A stretch of 64,000 nt of DNA from assembly GCA_965602015.1 (NCBI GenBank), contig OZ271918.1:864001-928000 (forward strand), given 5' to 3'. Shown one piece after another: positions 48,761 through 57,973 of this stretch (position 1 is its first letter; the number at the start of each line of letters is the position of its first letter). The DNA comes from Salinispira sp. GTDB lineage: Bacteria > Spirochaetota > Spirochaetia > DSM-27196 > Salinispiraceae. The notes beneath the pieces were generated by a model, which saw only the letters and a list, made by a program, of their open reading frames with translations, was not told the origin of the DNA and searched no databases. The translations under genes were made by a program, and so were the position numbers.

Positions 48761-49651
48761 ATGCGTGTCCGAAGCAAAAAAAATGCCTTGTGGATATTAC
48801 TTTTCCTCGCCCCGGTTTTGATTTTGTACGGACTGTACTTCATCTATCCTCTTGGTTTTATTTTCGTCACCAGCACGCTCGACTGGAACGGTATAAGCGA
48901 ACCGGTTTTTGTTGGTTTGCAGAATTATGTAAAGAATTTTTCCAACGCCACCTTTCAAATATCCCTTCGAAATAATGCGGTGTGGCTATTCGCCAACGGT
49001 ATTCTTCAAATAAGTATGGCCGCCCTCGTAGCCCTCATACTGGCAAGGCAGCCGAAAGGGTGGCGCTTCCTGAGAACCGCGTATTTTCTTCCGAATGTCA
49101 TCTCCCAGGTCGCCATCGCCATGATGTGGGCCGCCCTGTACAATGCGGAGTACGGCGCCATCAATCAATTCCTCTCGGCGATCGGGCTTAACGAGCTGAC
49201 CCGAAACTGGCTTGGGGAACTCAATACCGCCCTCCCGGCAATTATTATCCAGCAGATTTTTTACATCGGATATTTCATGATTATCATTCTCGCCTCGCGC
49301 ATGACTATTCCCGAAAGCCTCTATGAAGCCGCGGAAATGGACGGGGCAAACGCCGTTCAGCAGGACTGGTTCATCACCCTCCCCATGATAAAGCCGATAC
49401 TTATCACCGCAATGACCCTGGCCATGGCCTATGGTCTCAGGCATTTCGAGGCTACATTCCTTTTAACAAACGGCGGGCCGGCGAACCGAACCTCCGTTCT
49501 GGGAATCATGATGTATAAGCGCCTGAGCTCACTTGATTACGGTGAGGCCGCCGCCATCGGCGTTACCCTGGTGATTTTGGGGCTCATTATGATCGTCGTA
49601 ATTCGCAGCACCATCGGGCGCAGAGATTCCGCCTCCGATGTAACGCAATAG
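48761..49651 (+). CDS. Carbohydrate ABC permease 1
   Basis: 'FVGLQNY', EAA loop 'LYEAAEMDGA', 'LTNGGP'. Confidence 0.92.
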   Translation: MRVRSKKNALWILLFLAPVLILYGLYFIYPLGFIFVTSTLDWNGISEPVFVGLQNYVKNFSNATFQISLRNNAVWLFANGILQISMAALVALILARQPKGWRFLRTAYFLPNVISQVAIAMMWAALYNAEYGAINQFLSAIGLNELTRNWLGELNTALPAIIIQQIFYIGYFMIIILASRMTIPESLYEAAEMDGANAVQQDWFITLPMIKPILITAMTLAMAYGLRHFEATFLLTNGGPANRTSVLGIMMYKRLSSLDYGEAAAIGVTLVILGLIMIVVIRSTIGRRDSASDVTQ

Positions 49652-49662
49652 GGGAGGGCACA

Positions 49663-50511
49663 ATGGCAATCGTTCGTTACGAAACCTCGGGAGACAGGGT
49701 CGGCAAAATCGCCAAGTGGCTGATTCTCGGTTTTTTCTTCCTGTTCACCTTCATGCCGCTGGTATGGCTGCTAATATCGAGCTTCAAGACGAATCTCGAG
49801 CTGCAAATTGCCCCCTTCAGTCTGCCTGAGGTGTGGCAGATTTCCAATTACATCAACGCTTTGAAGATCAGCGGTCTGCCGCGGCTCTTTTTGAACAGCT
49901 TTGTCGTGTCAACTGCATCAACGGCGCTGACAATCCTGGTTACTTCCATGGCGGGTTTTGTGTTTTCCCGGGAGGTTTTCCGGTTTCGTCAGTCCATTCT
50001 CAATCTGATCATCGCCGGCGTTCTGGTCCCCATCATCGCCCTCATGGCCCCCTATTTCAGACTTACCGCGGCCCTCGGCATATATGACACTCTGCTCGCC
50101 CTGATTCTGACCTACACCGCTATAAACATTCCGATTTCCACATTCCTGATGTACGGATTTATGCAGACCCTACCCAAGGAGCTGGAGGAGGCGGCCACCA
50201 TCGACGGAGTAGGATTCGCCGGCCGCTATTGGAAAATCATATTACCGCTGAGCAAATCGGGGATTGTCACCGCGGGAACATTTGTTTTCCTATTCAGCTG
50301 GAATGAATTCATTTACGCCCTGCTGCTGACCTCCCGCCCCGCCGCCCGTACGCTTCAGCTCGGAATCCGTTTTTTCGTAAGTCAATTCTTTACGGATAAT
50401 ACATCCATGTTCGCCGCCATCGTACTGACCATGCTGCCCACTGTTTTGCTGTACGTATTTATGCATGAACAGATTATCAAGGGCTTAACCAGCGGTTCGG
50501 TGAAAGGGTAG
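49663..50511 (+). CDS. Carbohydrate ABC permease 2
   Basis: 'ELEEAATIDG', 'WNEF', 'GSVKG'. No ATPase gene lies in the locus. Confidence 0.92.
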   Translation: MAIVRYETSGDRVGKIAKWLILGFFFLFTFMPLVWLLISSFKTNLELQIAPFSLPEVWQISNYINALKISGLPRLFLNSFVVSTASTALTILVTSMAGFVFSREVFRFRQSILNLIIAGVLVPIIALMAPYFRLTAALGIYDTLLALILTYTAINIPISTFLMYGFMQTLPKELEEAATIDGVGFAGRYWKIILPLSKSGIVTAGTFVFLFSWNEFIYALLLTSRPAARTLQLGIRFFVSQFFTDNTSMFAAIVLTMLPTVLLYVFMHEQIIKGLTSGSVKG

Positions 50512-50523
50512 AGAATAACATTG

Positions 50524-50672
50524 CACTGCCCCGAAAACAGCTGATGTGCGAGGGGAAAACATTGTGCAGCAATGATTTGCGAAGATATTTGCCGATCAGT
50601 TCACCGGAGGGCGGGCAATTCCTGTCCAGAAAAACGCTTAGACTGTTTAAATCAGCTGTTTTGGGGGCACTG
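50524..50672. repeat. 22-bp inverted repeat enclosing ~105 bp (MITE-like)
   Basis: CACTGCCCCGAAAACAGCTGAT ... ATCAGCTGTTTTGGGGGCACTG, 20/22 complementary. Confidence 0.6.
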
Positions 50673-50707
50673 TTAATTCCACACTCCGCGGGTGAAGGGG
50701 ATGAGCC

Positions 50708-51553
50708 ATGAAGCCGGGTAGAAAAATCAGTGGACTCTCACAACAAACACCGGAAGGTAACCATGAGCTGAGCTCTGACGCAGCCAATCTTCCCTTGCCG
50801 CTGGAGATAGTCGAAAATGACACCGAGCTGTACTGGCTCATGGCCCTGGAGCTCTACGGGGCTCTTGCCAGGCTCACTCCCGGAGAATCCCTGCGCTGCA
50901 TCGCTCCGGTGGGGCCGGTTTTCCAGTACCGACGATTTATCAGGCTTGTTGACGAGCTCCCCATTGATTTGGCCGGGCTTCATCTGTTTTTTATGGACGA
51001 ATACCTTAACGACGACGGAAGTGTTATTAATAGGACCGATCCTCTTTCGTTCCGCGGCTTCATCGATAAGGAACTCGTCGAACCGCTGGGGACCCGGCAC
51101 GGCTTCAATCCCGGGCAGCTGTATTTTCCCGACCCCGCTGATCCGTCTTCCTACGACCGCATCATCGATGAACATGGGGGCATCGATGTCTGCTTCGCCG
51201 GTGTGGGAATCAACGGACATCTGGCATTCAACGAAGCGCCGAGCGCCGCCGATTCGCCTTCCAGAGTGGTGGAGCTGTCCGCCGAAACCCGGGTCACTAA
51301 CGGCCATACCGCCCTGGGGGGCGACTGGGAGAGCATTCCCCGGCTTGCCGTCACTGTCGGGATGAAGAGCATACTCGCGAGCCGAAGGCTTCGAATCTAC
51401 TGTAACCGTCCATGGCAGCGATCGGTGGTGCGTAAGCTGCTGTACGGACCGGTCGGTCAGGCCTTTCCGGCATCATTCGCGCAAAACCACCGGGATGCCC
51501 GGCTCACGGTCACAAGGACTGTTGCCGAATCGCCCCGGCCGGGGCTGAAGTAG
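50708..51553 (+). CDS. NagB-like glucosamine-6-phosphate isomerase/deaminase family protein
   Basis: 'FMDEY', 'GGID', 'G.G.NGHLAFNE', 'AVTVGM', 'PAS'; has 'PVGP' in place of the canonical 'ATGST' loop. Confidence 0.82.
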   Translation: MKPGRKISGLSQQTPEGNHELSSDAANLPLPLEIVENDTELYWLMALELYGALARLTPGESLRCIAPVGPVFQYRRFIRLVDELPIDLAGLHLFFMDEYLNDDGSVINRTDPLSFRGFIDKELVEPLGTRHGFNPGQLYFPDPADPSSYDRIIDEHGGIDVCFAGVGINGHLAFNEAPSAADSPSRVVELSAETRVTNGHTALGGDWESIPRLAVTVGMKSILASRRLRIYCNRPWQRSVVRKLLYGPVGQAFPASFAQNHRDARLTVTRTVAESPRPGLK

Positions 51554-51560
51554 ATACGCT

Positions 51561-52516
51561 ATGGAACTAATTGATTTTCATGTGCACGGCGGGCCGCCCA
51601 AACGCAGCGAAGAAATCACCCGCTATATAAATGAGAGCGGCATTGCAGCCATGGGCATGCTCTCCCTTCCCTGCCTCCTTTGTATGCCTGTGCCACCCTC
51701 AATGACGAGATCCTGGAAACCGCCCGCCGCGTGGATGCCGCCCGGCCGGGCTTTCCGCTTGTTCTCTTCGGCTCCCTCGATGATGAAAAATTACGGGTAT
51801 CAGGCTATGAACCCGAAGAAATGGTGGACGATTTGAAGTCCCGGGGCTTCGGCGGTGTGAAACTCTGGGAGGGCAAACCCCATCTTGTCAGGCGACTTTC
51901 GATGCTTCCCGATGACAGGCGCTTCGTTTTGCTGTGCCGCCGGGCAGCCCAGCTCTCCATGCCGGTCATTTTCCATATTGCGGATCCCCCGGCATTCTGG
52001 AAAAACGGCGGCCCCTATGCCTCCGACGATTCGCTTCCGGGCTTTTCCGACCTTATTGAAGCCGCAAGCCGCCTGGCATCTTTAGCGCCCCAATGCACCT
52101 TCATTTTTCCCCACATGCTGTTTCTCGCCGGGGACCTTGGAGTTGCCGCCCGCTTCCTTGATGAGCACCCGTCTTGTTACTTCGACCTGGCTCCCGGGAA
52201 CTACCTGTTTGCCGATTTGGCCTTGCGCAGGGAGGAGGCTGCTGCGTTTTTCGCACGGTATTCGAAGCGCATTGTATTCGGCACCGACGGCTTCTGGTTC
52301 GACCCCGGTGACAAGACCCTCGCCGGTGACAGCTACGGTGGAAACCTGCTGCGCTTCACCAGACTTCTGGATTTCCTGTCTACGGACCGGCAATTTGACA
52401 ATCCATTTGGCTTTAGCGTTGAAGCCCACCCCCGCATTACCGGCCTCAAGCTGCCGGAAAGCATCCTTCGTCCCATTCTTTCTGAGAATGCAAAGGTCAT
52501 TATGGAGGCCCTATGA
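51561..52516 (+). pseudogene. Amidohydrolase-2 family protein with a 1-nt frameshift near 51670-51682 (possibly a sequencing error)
   Basis: 'IDFHVH' in frame 51561; 'GFGGVKL', 'PVIFH', 'FPH', 'IVFGTD', 'ILSENA' in frame 51680. Confidence 0.8.
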
Positions 52517-53631
52517 TGCGCTGTGCCGTCGCCGGATTGGGTATCGGACTGGCCCATGTCGCCGGCTATTTTGCATCGCCGGATGCCGAACTCGTCGCCG
52601 TTGCCGACCCGTGGGAACCACGTAGGCAGTCCCTCGGCGGAACCTTCGGGCAGGGGAGCATGAGGGTTCTCGAACCCCTGTTCGACGAGGGGCAAAAATC
52701 TGCCAGTTGGGACGAGCTGGGGATAGCGGCGTATGCGGACATATCGTACCTGGCTGAACGCCGCGATATTGATGTGGTCAGTATCTGTACGCCGGCCTAC
52801 CTGCACGAACAGCATGCCCTCTTGCTTCTGGAGGCGGGGAAACACATCATCCTCGAAAAGCCCATTGCCCTGAGTTTGGAGGCGGCGGAGAATATACGCC
52901 GAGCAGCCCGAAGGCTCGGGCTCACGGTGGCTGTGGCCTATGAGTTTCGGGAGAACCCCGCAATCATCGCGTTGAAAGGCCTCGTTGAAGCGGGGGAGTT
53001 CGGGGATATTAGCGCATGGAGCCTGTATCACACCCGCAGGCCCTTCCGAAGGGATAAATGGAATGGCTGGATTCAAAAGCAGGAGAACTGCGGAGGACTG
53101 CTGACCGAGGAAACATCTCATTGGTTCGATCTTCTCTGCCATGTAAGCGGGGATGCAATAACATCGGTGTACTGCCTGGGATCTGCTTCTATCCATGGGG
53201 ATTTTGATTATGAGGATATCGCGTTCTGTCAGGGGAGGATGCAAAGAGGGGCGGTCTGGCAGTTGTCCCACGCGCTTACCAGCCACGATTTCGCCTTGAC
53301 AATCGAGGTTCACGGTACCCGGAGGATGGCCCGGCTATCGCTCAAAGAGGGAGCGTACAGCAGCTTCGACGGCGGCCAAAGCGATTACTGGGGCATACTC
53401 AGCCACGGCCCTGTGAACGGCGGCCCCGGCGATGCGGAAATTACGCGCTGGTCAAGAGAGGCCGGAGAACCCGAGAGTATCAGGGATAACGTGGTTCGGG
53501 TAGTGCAATGCCTCCGCGGCAACAGACCGCTGCCGGTGGGCATTGAAGACGCCATCAGGGCGCTCCGGATATCCCTGGCGGCCAGGGAAAGCATGAACAG
53601 CGGAACTGTTATCGAGATTCCACTGGCTTGA
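52513..53631 (+). CDS. Gfo/Idh/MocA NAD(P)-dependent oxidoreductase
   Basis: 'AVAGLG.G..H', 'ICTP..LH', 'LEKP', 'GGLL....SH.FD'. Confidence 0.92.
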   Translation: MMRCAVAGLGIGLAHVAGYFASPDAELVAVADPWEPRRQSLGGTFGQGSMRVLEPLFDEGQKSASWDELGIAAYADISYLAERRDIDVVSICTPAYLHEQHALLLLEAGKHIILEKPIALSLEAAENIRRAARRLGLTVAVAYEFRENPAIIALKGLVEAGEFGDISAWSLYHTRRPFRRDKWNGWIQKQENCGGLLTEETSHWFDLLCHVSGDAITSVYCLGSASIHGDFDYEDIAFCQGRMQRGAVWQLSHALTSHDFALTIEVHGTRRMARLSLKEGAYSSFDGGQSDYWGILSHGPVNGGPGDAEITRWSREAGEPESIRDNVVRVVQCLRGNRPLPVGIEDAIRALRISLAARESMNSGTVIEIPLA

Positions 53632-54271
53632 TTCTGATATTGTCCCCTGTGATGCCCACGTATGCCCCCCGCTGCGCTGCGGGGGATTCGGGATGGCAGA
53701 GCATCCATTTGTTTTTCATGAAGTACGTCGGGTCATCAGACTGCGGAGTTTCCAGGGGGCGGTTGGTTCCCTCCGGAAGGATGATAATCGTGCAAAAGGG
53801 ATGTTCGCTCACCCGGCACGGGGCAAGATGAAGCGTGTTGCCGTATAATTCGACCAGGCTTCCCGCCGGCAGATAGAACGGGACCGCCATTGAGGAATCC
53901 CACGTGAAATCGGTAATATCCTCGGCTCTGCCGAGAAATAGCACCACATCGCTCACCGCAACGATAACCTCGCTTCCCCGATGATACTCCATACCGTTCA
54001 TTCGGTCGTTCATGCCGAAGCATAATCCCGCCTGCAGGGCAGTGGAATTGCCGTATACCTCCGATCGGATTTTTGAAAATGACTCGAAGTGCTTCAGAAC
54101 TTCCAACTCCCGCTTGTATGCCGGACCTTCCAGATCAACCTCGGTCAGCGCCTGTACAAACATCTCGCTGCAGTCTATCCCACGAACCAAACGGCCGTAT
54201 CTCGCCAAATCCGGAGAATCTGCGGGAAGTATCCGCAGGGGGGCATTTGCCTTGTTTAATTGCTCTAACAT
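53609..54271 (-). CDS. DUF4867-like cupin-fold protein (seen in sulfoglycolysis clusters)
   Basis: 'MEYHRGSE', 'ELY..TLH.APC', 'LPEGTN.PL', 'NKW...HPE'. Confidence 0.8.
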   Translation of the reverse strand: MLEQLNKANAPLRILPADSPDLARYGRLVRGIDCSEMFVQALTEVDLEGPAYKRELEVLKHFESFSKIRSEVYGNSTALQAGLCFGMNDRMNGMEYHRGSEVIVAVSDVVLFLGRAEDITDFTWDSSMAVPFYLPAGSLVELYGNTLHLAPCRVSEHPFCTIIILPEGTNRPLETPQSDDPTYFMKNKWMLCHPESPAAQRGAYVGITGDNIRIKPVESR

Positions 54272-54298
54272 TTATGCTCCTCTTTTAAGCCGGGGATA

Positions 54299-54455
54299 GG
54301 CGCCGCAGCCAAACCGCTGCCGCCAAACCGGCGCCGCAGCCAAACCGCTGCCGCCAAACCGGCGCCGCAGCCAAACCGGCGCTGCCACCCGACCAGCGCC
54401 GCAGCCAAACCGCCGCAGCTCAAATCGGCGCGGCAGGCCAATCTGCGCCGCAGCC
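54299..54455. repeat. Intergenic GC-rich tandem repeat (17/14-bp subunits forming 31-bp units)
   Basis: GGCGCCGCAGCCAAACCGCTGCCGCCAAACC twice exactly, then further exact and degenerate GGCGCCGCAGCCAAACC copies. Confidence 0.9.
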
Positions 54456-56437
54456 TATTGACCTGCCAGCTCGGCAAACAGCCCGGCCCAGCGGGATTCG
54501 AGCCGGTAGAATACCGGCGGCTGGCCGTAGGGGGCATCGATCGGCCGGGTCCCGCCGCGGTATTCCGATCCGCTAAAAACGTGAATCCATCGGTCATCGG
54601 GAAAGTACACCGCTCGCTCTGCGGCTTGCTCCTTCACCACTGGGGCCACGAGAATATCCCGGCCCAACAGATATTGCTGGCTATCTTCGTATGCCCGGTC
54701 TTCTTCGTAGTAGAAAAACAGCGGTCTGATTGCCGGAACTCCCTGCTGGTAGTACTCATCCAACACCCCCAGCAGGTAGGGTTTGAGTCGTTTGTGGATT
54801 CTGCTGAAAAGGGCAGTGAGGGACACCGTCAATCCGTCATGGTCGAACTGAACGTTGTCCTTCGGCCGGTTGCCCTCATGGCTCCTCATGAGCGGAGAGA
54901 AGCAGCTCATCTCAAGCCACCGGATATACAGATCCCTCGATCGTTTAATAGATGCCACCGTGATGTATCCGCCGATATCGGAATGGCTGACTCCCATTCC
55001 GCTGAGTCCGGCGGAGATTTGAGCGCGGATGACCGAACCCATTCCGTAATCATCGCTAAAGTCGCAGTGCTGGTCGCCGTTCCACAACATGCCAGCGTGG
55101 CGGCTGGTTCCGGAATACGCGGCCCGGACAAAGAAAAACACGTCTTCCCCGGCGCCCGATTCGACAAGGGCTTCGCGGTTCATTCTGCTCCAGAGCACGG
55201 GCCACAAATTATGAATCAGCTCCGGGTCGCCGGCATGAAGGATGCAGTCGGTGGGCAGATATTCGCTGAAATCCGCCATCCACCCTGAAAGCCCGTAGCC
55301 GATCATATTGGTTTTGACGATGGCTTTCATCCATTCGAAAGCATCCGGGTTGGTCAGGTCCACCATCCCCACGGGGAAACTGGTAGTTTTTACGATATAC
55401 GGCTGCCGGTGCTGGTTTACTACAAGATACCCCCGCGATTCGGCTTCGGCGTATTGCTCGCCGTCGCACGCCAGGAATGGATTAATGTATCCCAGGAATC
55501 TGATGCCCTCCCGCTTCCATTCGCTAATTTTGTGCCGCAGTCCGGGGTAGAGATTCTCATCGGCCTTCCAGTTCCAGAATAACTGTTTGCCGAAGCCGGT
55601 TATCCGCTCGCCCTGCCAGTCCTGCGCCCATATGCCGCACAGCTCGGCGCCGGCCCGCTTCATCGCCCCAACTTTCTCTTCGCATACCGAGCTGCCTCCC
55701 TGGATTCCGAGAATGATGCCGTCGTGAATCCACTCGGGAAGTCTCGGTTGGATGCCCAGGCGTGTATTCAGCTCTCCAACCAGATCTGTGTAGTTCCGGG
55801 CGAATGTCAACACAATTTCTGCCGGCGCTGTGGAAAAGCTCAAGCTGTGACAATCACCGGCGCGGAAATCCAGGACGGCATGGGCTGAGGTATCCACATG
55901 ACAGGAATAGCGGGCCGTGGATATAAAATCAGGTTGTACCTGATATGTGGAATATTTTTCAAATGGCATCGGTTTTTTTATGCCAAGGAGTTTGAGAAGT
56001 TCCTTCCTGATGATCGACCAGGTGGTGGTGTGTTCGCTGATCCAGTTGATCACCCTGCATCCCCTGAGGTTGAAGCGGGCGAATTGTTCGCCGCAGCCGA
56101 AAATCATCTCATCCTTATCCGCCGCAAATTTCACCCTGACAGCCTGATCCTCGGCTAGGTTTCGAAAGCTGAGGCTGACTGAGTTCCCGGTTTCACGAAT
56201 ATCAATGCTGACTTTCTGGAATGCCAGGCTTATGCATTCGCTCTCGCTGATTTCTCCCCGGCCCGCGGAAAAGAATCGGGTCCGGTCCCGTATGCGGAAA
56301 TGACCCTTCTTCATGGCGAAGGTCTGTCGGCGTTTTCCGACAAAGAACGCCGGATCCCCCGGGGAATGCGAAAGAAGGAGACGGTCATTCCAGCGCAGCT
56401 CGAGGACGTGATTATTTGCCTCCAGCTTTATGCTCAT
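54455..56437 (-). CDS. yihQ: GH31 sulfoquinovosidase-like glycosidase 2
   Basis: 'FGCGEQF', 'WAQDWQG.R.T.FGKQLFWNW', 'WMADFSE', 'WNGDQ', 'HSDIGGY', 'RSHEGNRP'. Confidence 0.88.
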   Translation of the reverse strand: MSIKLEANNHVLELRWNDRLLLSHSPGDPAFFVGKRRQTFAMKKGHFRIRDRTRFFSAGRGEISESECISLAFQKVSIDIRETGNSVSLSFRNLAEDQAVRVKFAADKDEMIFGCGEQFARFNLRGCRVINWISEHTTTWSIIRKELLKLLGIKKPMPFEKYSTYQVQPDFISTARYSCHVDTSAHAVLDFRAGDCHSLSFSTAPAEIVLTFARNYTDLVGELNTRLGIQPRLPEWIHDGIILGIQGGSSVCEEKVGAMKRAGAELCGIWAQDWQGERITGFGKQLFWNWKADENLYPGLRHKISEWKREGIRFLGYINPFLACDGEQYAEAESRGYLVVNQHRQPYIVKTTSFPVGMVDLTNPDAFEWMKAIVKTNMIGYGLSGWMADFSEYLPTDCILHAGDPELIHNLWPVLWSRMNREALVESGAGEDVFFFVRAAYSGTSRHAGMLWNGDQHCDFSDDYGMGSVIRAQISAGLSGMGVSHSDIGGYITVASIKRSRDLYIRWLEMSCFSPLMRSHEGNRPKDNVQFDHDGLTVSLTALFSRIHKRLKPYLLGVLDEYYQQGVPAIRPLFFYYEEDRAYEDSQQYLLGRDILVAPVVKEQAAERAVYFPDDRWIHVFSGSEYRGGTRPIDAPYGQPPVFYRLESRWAGLFAELAGQ

Positions 56438-57879
56438 CAGTTTCCTCCGAGGCTCTGATAGGTCCGTCCGGTGACCAGCTCGCAGGCTCGTATCACCTCG
56501 GGGTCATCGGCGCTGTTTTCCCCCCTTGCCCGGGCTTTAAGTTCCTTCCTCATGAGCTCATGGGTTTCCGGGTCGATTTTGAAGTTTCGTGAAAAGGCGA
56601 TGCCGGCAATGAGCAGCACAAAGGGGAAGAATATGAACATAAAGCGGATTCCGTTGATGGTTTGAACGCTTTGGACTGCTCCCCCCTCGACGAAATTGAA
56701 CAGGCTCAGACCGATGCCCACAACCTGGAGGGCGATGGCCTGGGAGATCTTCCTTATAAAAGTCGTCATTCCCGAGTAAATCCCCTCGCGGCTTCTCCCG
56801 CACATAATCGTATCCGCATCAATGACGAAGGGAAGATTGTTGTACGGGACAAAGATTCCCCCAGCCAGTCCGAATGCGAAGACCGCTCCGGTCGTCATTA
56901 TGACCCATGCAGGAACGCCAGAGGGGAGCAGGGAAAGGCCGAGAATGCCCGCCAGGCAGATAAGAAGGTGGCGACGGAAAACCCTGGCGTTCCCCCATTT
57001 CATACAGCTTCGGGCCACAACAATGATTCCGATAATCTGGACAATCAGCACGGTACCGAGAATGAGATTCTCACCCTGGGCATAGTTGAGATAATAAATG
57101 AGGTAGAACATCAAAAGAGCCATAAAAATATCCATGGAGGCGTAGGCTGACAGGTACATGCCGATATGGCTTCTGAAGGACTTGTTCCTGAAGGTGGAAA
57201 AGAACTCGCCGAAGATTTCCCCAATGGTTTTTGCCTGCCGGCTGCGCTCTTCCTCGCTTACCTCCCGCTCCCAGGTGCCGAGATAGGTGAAGATCCAGGG
57301 GGTGGAAAAGAAGATGCCGATGATCAGGGCGAAGTAAAAATACCCCAGATCATTGCGGCCCACCAGGGAAAAAATGATTCCAGGAACTACTGCGCTTACC
57401 AGCGTGCCGAATTGGGAAAACACCATTCTGATTCCCAGCATCTTCGAACGGGATGTATACTCATGAAGCATCTCTGCCGGCAGCGCGTTGTACGGAACCA
57501 TTACCATGGTAAACACCGTGTTAAAAAGCATATAGCTCAGCAGATAATAGATGAACTGGGCGGCTCCGCTCAGCGGCGGGTTAAGCCAGAGAAGAACAAA
57601 AGAGAGGGTGATGGGCACAATACCCAGAAGAAAAAATACCCTCCGGCGGCCGAAACGGCTCCTGGTTTTATCGGAGATAATGCCCATCATGGGGTCGGTA
57701 ACCGCATCCCAAATCTTGCCGAGAGATACGATCAGGCCGGCCATAACCGGATGTATGCCCACATTGGTGGTGAGGAAGAGCAAAAAGTACGTCCCGATGA
57801 TGATAAATGCTCCCCCGCCGTAGATGTCCCCTGCGCCGTAGGCAAGCATGTTCCTGAGTTTTACTTCTCGTTCGCTCAT
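56437..57879 (-). CDS. MFS glycoside-pentoside-hexuronide:cation symporter
   Basis: 'AYGAGD', 'WDAVTDP.MG.ISD.TRSRFGRRR', 'REG.Y.G'. Confidence 0.92.
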   Translation of the reverse strand: MSEREVKLRNMLAYGAGDIYGGGAFIIIGTYFLLFLTTNVGIHPVMAGLIVSLGKIWDAVTDPMMGIISDKTRSRFGRRRVFFLLGIVPITLSFVLLWLNPPLSGAAQFIYYLLSYMLFNTVFTMVMVPYNALPAEMLHEYTSRSKMLGIRMVFSQFGTLVSAVVPGIIFSLVGRNDLGYFYFALIIGIFFSTPWIFTYLGTWEREVSEEERSRQAKTIGEIFGEFFSTFRNKSFRSHIGMYLSAYASMDIFMALLMFYLIYYLNYAQGENLILGTVLIVQIIGIIVVARSCMKWGNARVFRRHLLICLAGILGLSLLPSGVPAWVIMTTGAVFAFGLAGGIFVPYNNLPFVIDADTIMCGRSREGIYSGMTTFIRKISQAIALQVVGIGLSLFNFVEGGAVQSVQTINGIRFMFIFFPFVLLIAGIAFSRNFKIDPETHELMRKELKARARGENSADDPEVIRACELVTGRTYQSLGGN

Positions 57880-57895
57880 CAGCAGTCCACCCTCT

Positions 57896-57922
57896 TATTA
57901 TTACTTACGGTAAGTAATAATA
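57896..57922. promoter_or_regulatory. Operator site 3, perfect 13-1-13 palindrome
   Basis: TATTATTACTTAC-G-GTAAGTAATAATA, upstream of the symporter operon. Confidence 0.8.
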
Positions 57923-57973
57923 GATCCGAAAGAGGCCGGCGTCAAACGCTTCCTTTGCTATGTTGATAATACG

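Noticed and set aside
54299..54455. Possible CRISPR array, or the 110-aa ORF 54265-54597
   Set aside because: No unique spacers and no cas genes; the ORF is a translation of the repeat overlapping the SQase.
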